Part shown: positions 9,108 to 19,229 of the stretch, one piece after another | Numbering within the stretch: the first letter of the stretch is position 1 | How the letters are laid out: each line of letters opens with the position of its first letter | IMG/VR virus record: IMGVR_UViG_3300020385_000006 | Location: 62,001 to 126,000 of that record | Reading direction: 5' to 3' (one strand) | DNA: 64,000 nucleotides | From: an uncultured virus (IMG/VR IMGVR_UViG_3300020385_000006) | Taxonomy: Duplodnaviria; Heunggongvirae; Uroviricota; Caudoviricetes | The notes under the pieces: generated by a model | The model's input: the letters and a program-made list of their open reading frames with translations, nothing else | Told to the model about the DNA's origin: nothing | The model's database searches: none | Program-made: the position numbers and the translations under genes

Positions 9108-11029
9108 TATTCTAATCCTGTTATATCATATAATTTATTATCATTTTGAGGTCGTTTTTTTCCTAATACAATACAAGACATAATTACATTAGTATATAAT
9201 GGTGATTGATAATCTGGGTCTATTTCCCATGGTGTTTCGTTATCCCAATCAAAACCTAAATCTGTAATTATCATTGGTGTTGCGTTAAATAATTTTCCTA
9301 TTGTTACATCAACTTTTTGTCCGTAAAATCCTTCTGATCCATATACTGGATGTGTCATTCGACCTAAATTTTGTAGCTTATTCCATATGGCTTTAAAGCC
9401 ATCCGGGGAAGCAGTATCGCCAGATTTACCTTGTTCCGCTACCACTTTAAAATCTAATGATATTGACCGTTCAAATGCAGAATATTGATATCGAGAATCT
9501 GCTCGTCCTTGATCCGCAGTGCCTTCCCAGCTAGGAGCAAATTGATCAGACAATGTTCCTAGATATGCTTTTAATATTACTTCATGATCATCACTTTTAA
9601 ATTTAAAATCTATTAACGATTTTTCTGGATCTTTATCAATTTTATTTAACAATTCTAAATTAGTACCAAAATTACTTTTGCCTTCATATGATTCACTTTT
9701 ACCATCCTTTGTTCTAATTATTGCGGTAGTTCCGATTGGCCTGACAGGAATATCATTGTATGGAAGTAATGTATAATCTAAACCCTTTTCTTTTTCTGTG
9801 TTTTTAGCAATACCACCACCCTTAGGTCCTTTGAAAGGACGTGTAACTTCAGTTTCTCCAAATTCACTTTTGATTTCATTAGACGACTCAGTTGCATCTT
9901 GTTTAGTTATGAATGGTTTTTCATATGAATACCGATGATATACATAATCTGCTGGAAGATTTGGAAATAAACGATTTAATATGGCATTAATTTCAGTTAA
10001 GGTACCAGCTCGTGTTCCAATCAATTGTGTTGCAAGACTAGTGTCTTCATATCTTCTTATAATAGTTCCACCAATACCTAAAACCGATCCAGGACCTCCT
10101 ATTTTGGAACTTAATTGAGAAATTTGTGAACCAATTGATATTGAATTATTTGAACTATTCCCGTCAAAGTTTTTAAATAAATTTTTTCTTAATGATGCAT
10201 GTAGATCTGTCTTTGTTAATTCACTGACTAAACCACCTATAAGAGCATTTGATGCTCCAGCGTGTCTATTAATATGTACTATTGGCGCTAATGAACCTAA
10301 TGATAATGGATTATATATTCTTGTTTCTGCTTTTGGATTCATTAATTGATATCCGACTTGTTTAGCTAGGAATCCTATACCTTTTGGTGATGCTAAAAAT
10401 TTACCTATCCTAGCTGTATCTATCAATGTTCTGTTTGTGGCGGTTAATATGCCGCCTCGAGGTATATCAAATGCTCCACTTAATCCAGGGCCTACATTTA
10501 TTCCCCAATGCTGTGGATCAGATGATCCATCTCTTTGAATACCTCTTAAAATTAAAGGATGTTTTATATACGAATTTGGAGTAGCATCATCTCGTAGATT
10601 AAATTTATTGTACATATCATCAATTGGAGAATTGGTGGTATATGTATTTGCTAATCCTGCTTTTTTAAATTTAACTCCGTATTGATCACCGTATTTAGAT
10701 TCTGGAGTAAATCCTATTCTTACTTTATCAAATTCATGAATCTGTCCTTCTGGACCTATAGGAAATTTTGATCCGGCTCCTAATTGAGTATTTCTACTTG
10801 CAAAACCTCGACCCGAATATGTAACATCATCTATTAAAAACGAGTCCGCGGCTTGTAATTGACGACGACTAAATAATTTACTTTCATTATCATACACTAA
10901 CACATTGGATGTGCTTAATCCATCCGACGAAAAGTTTGTATCAGTTTTATCACGATTCGGTTTGTAATTCATGGCTTGACCTTTTTTGCCATAAAATGAT
11001 AAATCAGATTTTAGATCCATTAATGCCAT
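9107..11029 (-). CDS. Probable tail-tube initiator/baseplate protein
   Basis: C-terminal tube-fold-like region (GRADSRYQYSAFERSISLDFKV...ITDLGFDWDNETPWEI); lies between tape measure and LysM genes. Confidence 0.6.
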   Translation of the reverse strand: MALMDLKSDLSFYGKKGQAMNYKPNRDKTDTNFSSDGLSTSNVLVYDNESKLFSRRQLQAADSFLIDDVTYSGRGFASRNTQLGAGSKFPIGPEGQIHEFDKVRIGFTPESKYGDQYGVKFKKAGLANTYTTNSPIDDMYNKFNLRDDATPNSYIKHPLILRGIQRDGSSDPQHWGINVGPGLSGAFDIPRGGILTATNRTLIDTARIGKFLASPKGIGFLAKQVGYQLMNPKAETRIYNPLSLGSLAPIVHINRHAGASNALIGGLVSELTKTDLHASLRKNLFKNFDGNSSNNSISIGSQISQLSSKIGGPGSVLGIGGTIIRRYEDTSLATQLIGTRAGTLTEINAILNRLFPNLPADYVYHRYSYEKPFITKQDATESSNEIKSEFGETEVTRPFKGPKGGGIAKNTEKEKGLDYTLLPYNDIPVRPIGTTAIIRTKDGKSESYEGKSNFGTNLELLNKIDKDPEKSLIDFKFKSDDHEVILKAYLGTLSDQFAPSWEGTADQGRADSRYQYSAFERSISLDFKVVAEQGKSGDTASPDGFKAIWNKLQNLGRMTHPVYGSEGFYGQKVDVTIGKLFNATPMIITDLGFDWDNETPWEIDPDYQSPLYTNVIMSCIVLGKKRPQNDNKLYDITGLE

Positions 11030-13386
11030 TATCGTCTCCTATATGAATCTGTTGTTCGTATTGCTTGGGCTACAACTCTTCCGTCCATTTCCACTACAGT
11101 ACCGACTGATATCAATTCACGTAACAAAGCATTTGTTGTTTCCAATGCTTTAACTACGCCATCACCTCCGCCACCGCCATTGGCTCCATGTGAAGGGCTC
11201 ATTGAAACGCCATCATTTTTTGTGCCTTGGAATATTCCACCTTCGCGAGGTGATGCTACAACCGGACCGCCGTTTGGATCAATACTTAGGTCACCTGTTT
11301 GTTGTGCTTTTTTGTACATTCCAAATGCTCCTCCAATTGTTGCAATTGCTATTGGTATTCCAATTCCAAATGGTATTTGAGCAAATGTTGAAAATATAGA
11401 ACCAACTGCTTTGGCCATTGATGCAGCTGCTCCGGCTAGGGCTTTTCCTATACCTGTAGTCATTAATGCATTACCTACACCTAAAGCTACATTTTTTGCC
11501 AATGTAATTGCTAGTCCGGCATTTTCTGCTACATTCATTGCTGTTTGCCTTAAAAAGGCCAGGCCTCTTGTTACCAAAGATTTCTTTTCTTCTACGCCTT
11601 GAGCTTGTTTAGTTCCTAACCCTATAAAATCTAAAGCATTTTGAGCTATTTGTTGTGCTTTATTTTTTGCTCCTATTATGAATCGCAGCTTTTGTTGTTT
11701 AGTACCCATTACTTGCGTTAAATAATTATTTAGTAATAAAGCACCAATAGTACCAATTATACCTTGTACGACAAGACTAGCTTTTTTGAACTGTTCTATA
11801 GCCGCAACCGCTAATGTAATTGGTAAAAATGCAAGTTTTAATGTAAATCCAAGTGCTTTAAATATAGGTGATAATGCAGAAAATACTTTTACAAGTGCTT
11901 CACCTGCAGGAACTAATGCTTTTGTTAAATCATCTTTTATCGCGGAAAATGAAGCACTTAATTTATCCGTTGCCTGTTGTTGAGCCAATCTATCTTTTAA
12001 CTCTTCCGAGCTCATACTTTTTATTTCTGCTGCAGATAATCCCATGTTTGCCATAGCAGCTTGTTGGTCTGCAGTTAAGTCTCCTAACTTGCTTTGAATT
12101 GTTAATGATTTTTGTAGTTCATCAACACTCATACCAGTTGCTTCCGCTAATTTTTTACGAGCTAAATAACTCATGTTATCAAATTCTGCAATACTACCAA
12201 CTTCGCTTAACACGGCTGCTGTTGCTTCTCCAATTTTTCCTTGCAATGCCAATTGCCTAGCAGAATCAAGATTCATTTGTTTACCAGTTAATGCCTGTAA
12301 TTCAAATTGAGCAGATATTGAGTCTTCAAATTTTAATAATCCTTCTGCTACAGATGCCATTGTTTTTAAACTAACACCTAACTTGGCAGCCTGTACCGCA
12401 GCTTTTTGTAACGCTTTAACATTACCTCCAAAGAATTTGGCAACGTCTTTTGCATTCGCTGCTATATCCGCGGTAACTGTACCTACTGATACTCCAGCTT
12501 TTAAAGCATCGGCTGATACATCTTGTAATGCATTTGCTGCTTCGGTTCCGCCTAGGCCCATTCGCATAAATTCATTGGTAACGCCTGAAGCTGCTTTAGC
12601 ACCTATTCCAAAGGCTTTACCTATTTCTGCTACATTACCGGCTTGTTTTGCCGTTAACATGTTGGCTATACCAAATTCTTTAACAGTTGCTTTTTGAACA
12701 TCTAAAATATCTCCGGAAGTTGCTAATTGTGATCCAAATGACTTTGCCACTGCCTTTGCTTCATTTACCATTGCCTTAGATTGCTGCAATGTAAGGCCGG
12801 TTGCTTCGGCTACGCCTTTTGCTTTCTTTTCAAAGTCTACAAATACCATGGCTAAGCCGGCTGCGATTGCAGCAATAATAGTAAACGGATTGATAAGTCC
12901 TATTATAGATGAGTTAAATGCAGACATAGCTTGTCCAAGAGTGCCCTTCTTTGCTATTACTGCTCCAGCTTTATTTAAACTTGTAGTAAATGCCTTGCCT
13001 AATTTATCTATTCCAAATGCCTTTATTAGCGCTGCGCCGCCAGGTAATTTTTTTACAAAATTTTGTACATTTGTAACTAAATCTTGAGCTTGATCATTTA
13101 TTGCACCCATTTGTTTAGAAATGGCATTATTTAATTTTTCTTGATCTTTTAGTTTTTTAAGTACAGTTTCGTACAATTTTGCTTCAGCTGCTAATTCTGT
13201 GTTTCCAGCTTTTTTAGCAGCATTACTTAATTCAATTGTTTTTGTTAAATCTTGTTGAATTTTAAGATGTTGAGAATTCATGCCAATTAATTTATCGGCA
13301 TTGGCAATAGTTTGTTTATTATACTGTTCTACTTTATCGCCTAGGCTTGCCCACTGATCTTCTAATTCTTTTGGATCTTTTGCCAT
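11029..13386 (-). CDS. Tape measure protein
   Basis: 785-aa Ala/Lys/Leu-rich helical protein with hydrophobic stretches, downstream of tube and chaperone. Confidence 0.85.
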   Translation of the reverse strand: MAKDPKELEDQWASLGDKVEQYNKQTIANADKLIGMNSQHLKIQQDLTKTIELSNAAKKAGNTELAAEAKLYETVLKKLKDQEKLNNAISKQMGAINDQAQDLVTNVQNFVKKLPGGAALIKAFGIDKLGKAFTTSLNKAGAVIAKKGTLGQAMSAFNSSIIGLINPFTIIAAIAAGLAMVFVDFEKKAKGVAEATGLTLQQSKAMVNEAKAVAKSFGSQLATSGDILDVQKATVKEFGIANMLTAKQAGNVAEIGKAFGIGAKAASGVTNEFMRMGLGGTEAANALQDVSADALKAGVSVGTVTADIAANAKDVAKFFGGNVKALQKAAVQAAKLGVSLKTMASVAEGLLKFEDSISAQFELQALTGKQMNLDSARQLALQGKIGEATAAVLSEVGSIAEFDNMSYLARKKLAEATGMSVDELQKSLTIQSKLGDLTADQQAAMANMGLSAAEIKSMSSEELKDRLAQQQATDKLSASFSAIKDDLTKALVPAGEALVKVFSALSPIFKALGFTLKLAFLPITLAVAAIEQFKKASLVVQGIIGTIGALLLNNYLTQVMGTKQQKLRFIIGAKNKAQQIAQNALDFIGLGTKQAQGVEEKKSLVTRGLAFLRQTAMNVAENAGLAITLAKNVALGVGNALMTTGIGKALAGAAASMAKAVGSIFSTFAQIPFGIGIPIAIATIGGAFGMYKKAQQTGDLSIDPNGGPVVASPREGGIFQGTKNDGVSMSPSHGANGGGGGDGVVKALETTNALLRELISVGTVVEMDGRVVAQAIRTTDSYRRR

Positions 13387-13398
13387 TACATTACTTTA

Positions 13399-13665
13399 TT
13401 ATTTTTCCCATGGAAATTTTGCATACTTTGCAGCTGATGGTTTTTTACCATATTTTTTTTCAAAATCTTTAATCTGCTTTTTAAGCTCTTTGCCATGGTA
13501 TTCTATGCCCTGAACTGCAGACTGTACTTCTGGGTCATCTTTCATTATCTTAAGTGCTTTTTTAACTTTTGATTTAAAAAAGAATTTAAGTAAAGTAAGA
13601 CCTAATCCTTCATTAAGTTCATTGATTTGATTTAACGCACGTTTTTCAAATTTATTTGTAGACAT
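13399..13665 (-). CDS. Small basic hypothetical protein (88 aa)
   Basis: Own late motif (13683-13691) and AAGGA SD; INELNE near N-terminus. Confidence 0.7.
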   Translation of the reverse strand: MSTNKFEKRALNQINELNEGLGLTLLKFFFKSKVKKALKIMKDDPEVQSAVQGIEYHGKELKKQIKDFEKKYGKKPSAAKYAKFPWEK

Positions 13666-13682
13666 ATTATGATATCCTTTTT

Positions 13683-13691
13683 AATAAATAT
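13683..13691 (-). promoter_or_regulatory. Late-type motif ATATTTATT
   Basis: Plus-strand AATAAATAT 17 nt upstream of start 13665. Confidence 0.6.
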
Positions 13692-13924
13692 CAACGTCTT
13701 TTCGTTTTAGGGGCTTTAGCGTGAGATTTGGAACGCATATTTTTCATGGCTTTATCATGTTCTTTGTTCTGATCATCAAATAATTTATTTAATTTACGTA
13801 TATAATAGGATCTCATATATACAGGCATATTATATACTTCAGTATATGAAAATGCACCTTTACTGTGATACGTTAAATCGAATATCTGATCTGCTTTATG
13901 TAATTTATAGCTCGGCGTCAGGCC
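13691..13924 (-). CDS. Tail chaperone frameshift extension (GT/gp51-like segment)
   Basis: IFDLTYHSKGAFSYTEVYNMPVYMRSYY resembles the GT/gp51 C-segment; overlaps the upstream gene at a T7 run. Confidence 0.65.
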   Translation of the reverse strand, partial: GLTPSYKLHKADQIFDLTYHSKGAFSYTEVYNMPVYMRSYYIRKLNKLFDDQNKEHDKAMKNMRSKSHAKAPKTKRR

Positions 13925-14765
13925 AAAAAAAGTCCAATCCGATGGCAACCGGACTGCGAAAGGTATCACCGGACTCTCCATCCGGTACTTGAACAGATAA
14001 ATCTATTTCTGGAGTAATTGTTTTAAGATGTATTCTAATAGCTCTGGAATCTATAGCTAATAATTCATTATCAATAAATTTACGTACTTTATTGTTATCT
14101 GTTTCTCCATCAACTGATATAATAACATGTTTCAATGTGGTAGTTAATGTGGCATTGCGTTTTAATTTAGCTAAACCTTTTAATTCAGCATCTATTTTTC
14201 GTTGTTGACCTTGAGTTAATAAACGTAATGCCACTACTCGTTTACTGGCAGGTAATTCTAAAGGAAATTCATTTTTTCCGGATGTATGGGCAGACCAATC
14301 AATTTCTGCTTCTTGTAATTTTGTTAAGTCAACATTTACCTTTTGATCCTCACCTGTATTTGGATTTGTAGCAGTTATTTCATAATCTTTACCATAACCT
14401 AATACTCTAGCTGCAATCATGATTGCATTTTTATCACATAACAATAAATCGTTATAATCAACCGGAGTTACAATCAATGCTTTAAATAATTTGTCTAATA
14501 CAACTCCTTGTTTAATAAATGATTGATTAGTAAGAATATCTTCTTCCTTTGCTGTCATATATTTCATTTCAATCTTTCCAGAACTTAAAGGATGTCCTTC
14601 AGGGTATAATCTACCTTTTGAAGGTAATTCTACTATTTCAGTTGGAAAATCGTATACTGTGGTATCATCAGTGGCTTTGGATTCATATTTTGCAGTTGCA
14701 ATATCTTTTAATTGTTTATCCGATAACGGCTTTGTTGGATAATCATCGTTAACTTGTTGTGACAT
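13905..14765 (-). CDS. Tail assembly chaperone / gp26-like hub assembly protein
   Basis: VELPSKG, MKYMTAKEEDIL, DLLLCDKNAIMIAARVLGYG, C-terminal LDFFWP; follows tail tube. Confidence 0.8.
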   Translation of the reverse strand: MSQQVNDDYPTKPLSDKQLKDIATAKYESKATDDTTVYDFPTEIVELPSKGRLYPEGHPLSSGKIEMKYMTAKEEDILTNQSFIKQGVVLDKLFKALIVTPVDYNDLLLCDKNAIMIAARVLGYGKDYEITATNPNTGEDQKVNVDLTKLQEAEIDWSAHTSGKNEFPLELPASKRVVALRLLTQGQQRKIDAELKGLAKLKRNATLTTTLKHVIISVDGETDNNKVRKFIDNELLAIDSRAIRIHLKTITPEIDLSVQVPDGESGDTFRSPVAIGLDFFWPDAEL

Positions 14766-14792
14766 AATGTTCCTTTAATAACTTTTATTTAA

Positions 14793-14801
14793 TATAAATA
14801 T
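14793..14801 (-). promoter_or_regulatory. Late-type motif ATATTTATA
   Basis: Between tube terminator and chaperone start. Confidence 0.65.
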
Positions 14802-14810
14802 GGGTATAGT

Positions 14811-14839
14811 AAAAAAGTCCTAATTTCTTAGGACTCTTT
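14811..14839 (-). terminator. Intrinsic terminator after tail tube
   Basis: Sense AAAGAGTCCTAA-GAAA-TTAGGACTTTTTT hairpin plus U-tract. Confidence 0.85.
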
Positions 14840-14856
14840 ACTAAATATAAAATTAA

Positions 14857-15345
14857 TTAGAATTGTAATATTGCATAATCATATTTCAATGTTAATTCAA
14901 TTTGAACAGGATCTTCTGTTGCCCAATCCATATCGCCAAATGTTGCTGCTGATATAAATGCTCCTTTCAAAGTCCATTCTTCAACTTTGTCCCCAACCGG
15001 ACCTAAAGTATTAAAAGTAATATCCTTTTTATAGAAATCTGAATATCCATCTCTACCTGTCACAGACTCATGATGTAAACGTACCCATTCCATTACTGCT
15101 TGCGCTCCGGATGGAACAACTGGATCATATAATGTTACGGTAACATCTTGCCATCTTGTCTTACCTTTCAATTTACGTTCAACATTAATATGATCAAGAA
15201 TAACTTCTCCTTGGTCTAATGATGGACGTGATGCGGCTTTAACTAGGTATGAAGGGATACCTTCAATATACATAATGAACCGGTTTGCCATTTTTGGTTC
15301 ATATGCTGTATAAAATATTTCAGTTGGGTCAAGTAATTCTGCCAT
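14857..15345 (-). CDS. Tail tube protein (T4 gp19-like)
   Basis: KLKGKTRWQDVTVTLYD, WTLKGAFI, IELTLKYD; follows sheath. Confidence 0.92.
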   Translation of the reverse strand: MAELLDPTEIFYTAYEPKMANRFIMYIEGIPSYLVKAASRPSLDQGEVILDHINVERKLKGKTRWQDVTVTLYDPVVPSGAQAVMEWVRLHHESVTGRDGYSDFYKKDITFNTLGPVGDKVEEWTLKGAFISAATFGDMDWATEDPVQIELTLKYDYAILQF

Positions 15346-15363
15346 CTTTGTTTTCCTCTTTTA

Positions 15364-15372
15364 TATAAATAT
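15364..15372 (-). promoter_or_regulatory. Late-type motif ATATTTATA
   Basis: 18 nt upstream of tube start; followed by AAGAGG SD. Confidence 0.65.
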
Positions 15373-15388
15373 CATGCTTTATTAATTT

Positions 15389-17533
15389 CTATTCCGGAAA
15401 TGATGCTCCAGTCGGCATAATATTAAAGTCAACTACAATAAATTCAGCCGTTTTAGCAGGTTGAAGGAATATTTGTCCTCGCATTTCATTTCTATCAATT
15501 ACATCCGGAGTATTATTTGTTTCATCCATTACCACTTTAAACGCATACAACCCTTGTCTTTGCTGTATATTTTCAAAATATGGATTCACAATACTTAAGA
15601 ATCTGTTTCTAGTCGCTGCCGTATTATTTTCAAATATCAAGAATTTAGTTGTACTAGCAATAAATTTCTTAGATGCTATTAATAATCTTCGCACATTTAC
15701 TCTATCCAATGCAGATGCTTTTTTCTGTAATGTTTTTTGTCCAAATACGGTAACACCTGCATTAGGGAACGTTGCAATTGGATTCACATTACTTTCATAT
15801 AATGTATCTCTATTAGCATGAGTTAATTTTCTTTCTGTCTGAACTGCAATATCAATTCCACCTCTATTTAAACCAGCTGGTGCAAACCATGGAGCGGCTA
15901 CTCGATCATTAAATGCATATACACCTGGTATCACTGTAGATGCAGGAACCCAAACATTTTTTCCTAATTCATTATCAGGTATTTTAACCCATGGCCAATA
16001 CTCAGCTACATAATTTGAATCTCTTGATTCTGCTTTAGCAGTTGCTTGCGATATTGATTGTCCATATTCAACTGGATCGATTACCAAGAAACAATCACCC
16101 CGATCCTCTACCATACTCACTGCTTCTGTTAACACTGTAGCATGGTTTGGATGATTATCGACTAGACCAGGCAATGACAATAAATTGATATCATATTCAT
16201 CTTGATTTTTTAATAAACGAATTGCATCAATATATGCATTTTTACCATTAGCTGCTACACCTAAATTATATCCCTGTACATTGGCATCAGTTACATTTTC
16301 ATAAAATTGCTGTGGATGCTGTAAATTACCATCCGATGCTCCGGAGAATGAACCGGAACTAACTACAGGTAAACTATCTTCAGATCCGGCAACTCTTTTG
16401 TTTCCATTTGCATCTAAATAATTTAAAGTATTTTTTGCAACTGCAATTCTAACATATTTAGATCTATTTGGGAATGACCCAGATAATTGAAGGAATGGAT
16501 CGACACCACCTGCCCCTCTAACGGTAAATACTTGATCGCCAATAACTTTTGCAGCATAATTTGATGAATTAGGATCTAATGTTAAATTATTATATTGCTC
16601 AACAATGGATTTTCTATTACTTGTATCATCACCTCTTCGTATAATTAAATTGAAAGTACCTTTGTTTTCATTTTTAGATGTCACTTCCCATCTAATGTTA
16701 TTTTCAGATCCGGATGCTAATGAATTATTTGTTCCTTGAGGTCCAACACTATTTTGGTCAGCACCTTCAGATAATGTTGTTAATGTAAATACTGGTTCAG
16801 CTGTTGATGAATTAGCACCACCTGCCATTGTAAATTTATTCGTTCCGGCTGTAGTTCCAAATACCGATGGAGCTGCGGCAGATGCAGTTGCAAATACAAT
16901 TCCATCTGGTCCTGTTCCTAATGCTGAACCTGAAAGTTGTAATATTGCGCCGGCATTGTCGGCATTAATACCTGTCAATGTCCCGTTAGCAACCACTGCA
17001 TCAATTTCTGTTGCCAAAGCTGCTGCTGTATTTGCAATTGCTGCTCCTTTTGCAAAGAATCTAATTGAATCATCTGATGCATCAACATTTGGTGTTGTCT
17101 GTGCTACAAATGTTACTTCAGTTGTTCCTTGCGTAATTTTATACGATTCATTACTTGCATGAGTTACTAATGTTAATGATCCAGTTGAACGAACTGTTCC
17201 AGTTTCTACTGCATTGTTAACAGTAGCAGTAGCTGGTGTCATTTCTGCTCCAATACGTACAACTGTTAAAGTATCAGCATATTTCAAATACTCTTGTGCT
17301 GCATAATTAGTTAAATATTTATACGAATTTTCATATGCTCCAGAACCGGATGAAAACTTTCCACCAAATATATTAACGAATTCTGAATAACTTGATACCA
17401 CAGTAGGTATTCCAGTTGGGCCTTTAGATGTCGGTCCTACTACGGCAGCTCCAATTGCTTGGACTCCAGCTGGTAGAAACGATTGGTCAATTTCTTTAGT
17501 AAAAACGCCAGGCGATACTATTTTTTCAGCCAT
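15389..17533 (-). CDS. Tail sheath protein (T4 gp18-like)
   Basis: SPGVFTKEID, YWPWV, PWFAPAGLNRG, GQKTLQ, DRVNVRRLL, PAKTAEFI. Confidence 0.96.
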   Translation of the reverse strand: MAEKIVSPGVFTKEIDQSFLPAGVQAIGAAVVGPTSKGPTGIPTVVSSYSEFVNIFGGKFSSGSGAYENSYKYLTNYAAQEYLKYADTLTVVRIGAEMTPATATVNNAVETGTVRSTGSLTLVTHASNESYKITQGTTEVTFVAQTTPNVDASDDSIRFFAKGAAIANTAAALATEIDAVVANGTLTGINADNAGAILQLSGSALGTGPDGIVFATASAAAPSVFGTTAGTNKFTMAGGANSSTAEPVFTLTTLSEGADQNSVGPQGTNNSLASGSENNIRWEVTSKNENKGTFNLIIRRGDDTSNRKSIVEQYNNLTLDPNSSNYAAKVIGDQVFTVRGAGGVDPFLQLSGSFPNRSKYVRIAVAKNTLNYLDANGNKRVAGSEDSLPVVSSGSFSGASDGNLQHPQQFYENVTDANVQGYNLGVAANGKNAYIDAIRLLKNQDEYDINLLSLPGLVDNHPNHATVLTEAVSMVEDRGDCFLVIDPVEYGQSISQATAKAESRDSNYVAEYWPWVKIPDNELGKNVWVPASTVIPGVYAFNDRVAAPWFAPAGLNRGGIDIAVQTERKLTHANRDTLYESNVNPIATFPNAGVTVFGQKTLQKKASALDRVNVRRLLIASKKFIASTTKFLIFENNTAATRNRFLSIVNPYFENIQQRQGLYAFKVVMDETNNTPDVIDRNEMRGQIFLQPAKTAEFIVVDFNIMPTGASFPE

Positions 17534-17563
17534 TTGTATACTCCTCTTTTATAATCAATTTCT

Positions 17564-17572
17564 TATAAATAT
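17564..17572 (-). promoter_or_regulatory. Late-type motif ATATTTATA
   Basis: 30 nt upstream of sheath start; GAGGAG SD follows. Confidence 0.65.
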
Positions 17573-17592
17573 TAACATGAAATGCCAAACTA

Positions 17593-17865
17593 TCAATTTT
17601 CAGCGACAAACTCTCCAGTATTTATATCAACAGTTCCTTTACCGTATTTATCATTTAAAGCAGTAACTAACTCAGTTTCTGTTGCTTGTAAATTTTTGAA
17701 CTGTATCTGCAAAGTAGATTTCATTTCTTCAAGTTTTTTAAGTTCTTCGGTGACCAAAAATACCTGTAACTCCACTTCACCTAAGCCTGTTATTATTTGT
17801 ACATTTTCATCTCTAACTTCGGTAATGTTTTTTAATTCTTCTTCTGTAAACTTTTTTGCTGTCAT
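17593..17865 (-). CDS. Small coiled-coil hypothetical protein
   Basis: Heptad-rich body ending LNDKYGKGTVDINTGEF; AAGGA SD. Confidence 0.75.
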   Translation of the reverse strand: MTAKKFTEEELKNITEVRDENVQIITGLGEVELQVFLVTEELKKLEEMKSTLQIQFKNLQATETELVTALNDKYGKGTVDINTGEFVAEN

Positions 17866-17881
17866 AACTTATCCTTTAAAA

Positions 17882-18700
17882 TTAATACCCATCTGGTGGT
17901 GGGTCGGTTATATTTGTATTATCTGTTTCATATTCTCCGTTAAATGTAACACGTTTAACTGAATATTGTTTTTGTATTGTGGACCGGCGTAATTCGTTTG
18001 GCATTAATAATGTTGCCTTTGTAGTTAATGGCAATGTAGCTCTTACCATTCGATCTTCGCCAGTTGCATTTGTAGTTTCAAATGTATAATCTTGAATAAA
18101 TGTCGGAAATTTAAATGTGGTTCCCCATGCAAATCCACCTAAAGGCATAATCTGTTCTACCAATGAATTCATTTGTTCTGTATATTCAGTCCAGAATAAC
18201 AAATCATATGTCACGTCAATATATTCTGGTATTGCTGATACATAATATTCGTTAAGTCGTTTAGTACCTTGTTGCACAGAAAATCGGTCATATCGATTAA
18301 CTTTGGTATGTTTATTTTGTAATATTTGTGCATTACCACTAGGATTATGATTCACATCCAATTTTTTTAACTGATCTCTTTCAGTAATCGAATTTCGGCG
18401 CAAAGTAATTACAGGAGTCATAATTTTACCTTTACGATCTCTCATATATCCTTTTGCTTGCACCTGTGCCCATTTTTCACCGCTAGCATACATTATTGGA
18501 ACATCAATAACAGATTCATTTTCTACGATTTGTGGTTTTACTATTTCTCGTAAATATGACATTATTGCCCAATCAACATCTTCAATAGTACATTTAGGTG
18601 TTTTAATAATATCATTATCACGTCGTACATGAGCTGCTCGATTAGTTTCTGCATTTCTAGAAAAACTACTATATGTCTGTTTAATTTCTTTTTTAGCCAT
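17882..18700 (-). CDS. Probable tail terminator/completion protein (gp15-like)
   Basis: DVPIMYASGEKW, PEYIDVTYDLLFWT...QMNSLVEQI; between neck genes and sheath. Confidence 0.7.
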   Translation of the reverse strand: MAKKEIKQTYSSFSRNAETNRAAHVRRDNDIIKTPKCTIEDVDWAIMSYLREIVKPQIVENESVIDVPIMYASGEKWAQVQAKGYMRDRKGKIMTPVITLRRNSITERDQLKKLDVNHNPSGNAQILQNKHTKVNRYDRFSVQQGTKRLNEYYVSAIPEYIDVTYDLLFWTEYTEQMNSLVEQIMPLGGFAWGTTFKFPTFIQDYTFETTNATGEDRMVRATLPLTTKATLLMPNELRRSTIQKQYSVKRVTFNGEYETDNTNITDPPPDGY

Positions 18701-19227
18701 TATAAGTTCCTAGGTATATTATTTGGTTTATTTATTCCGGATCTCACTTCTTGAATATTTAATCGATTTCTTCTTGTTACATGAGCAGTTACTTTAATTG
18801 CAACTGATAATCCAAATTCACCATGTTCAGTTTTTCCTAAATCTGTATCTGGATTTCTACCTGTCCAATACTGTGATGAACCTACTCCGTCAATTTCATA
18901 GAATTCATTATCCCATTCCAGTATATCACCTTCTTCTATTATAATATTTTTAGATTTAATATCATCTCGTAAAAAATTAAACTCACCTAATCGACTTGAA
19001 TCATATTGATCTTCGCCTATATAACTTTTATCCTCTTTAAGTGCAAGGCAATTAATTCGTATAGGCGAATAATATGTCTTGCCATCAGCCTCGTCATACA
19101 TATTAGCTTTTGTATCATGTAGACTTAATTTATAAAATGCAATTTCTGTGTCAATAAATCGATTTATCAATTCACGATTAATTGATTTAATTAAACTTGC
19201 ATCTCTTGCCGAACCAAATAAAGCCAT
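18700..19227 (-). CDS. Probable head-closure/neck protein (gp14-like)
   Basis: ANMYDEA, IEEGDILEWDNEFYEI; synteny. Confidence 0.65.
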   Translation of the reverse strand: MALFGSARDASLIKSINRELINRFIDTEIAFYKLSLHDTKANMYDEADGKTYYSPIRINCLALKEDKSYIGEDQYDSSRLGEFNFLRDDIKSKNIIIEEGDILEWDNEFYEIDGVGSSQYWTGRNPDTDLGKTEHGEFGLSVAIKVTAHVTRRNRLNIQEVRSGINKPNNIPRNL

Positions 19228-19229
19228 TA

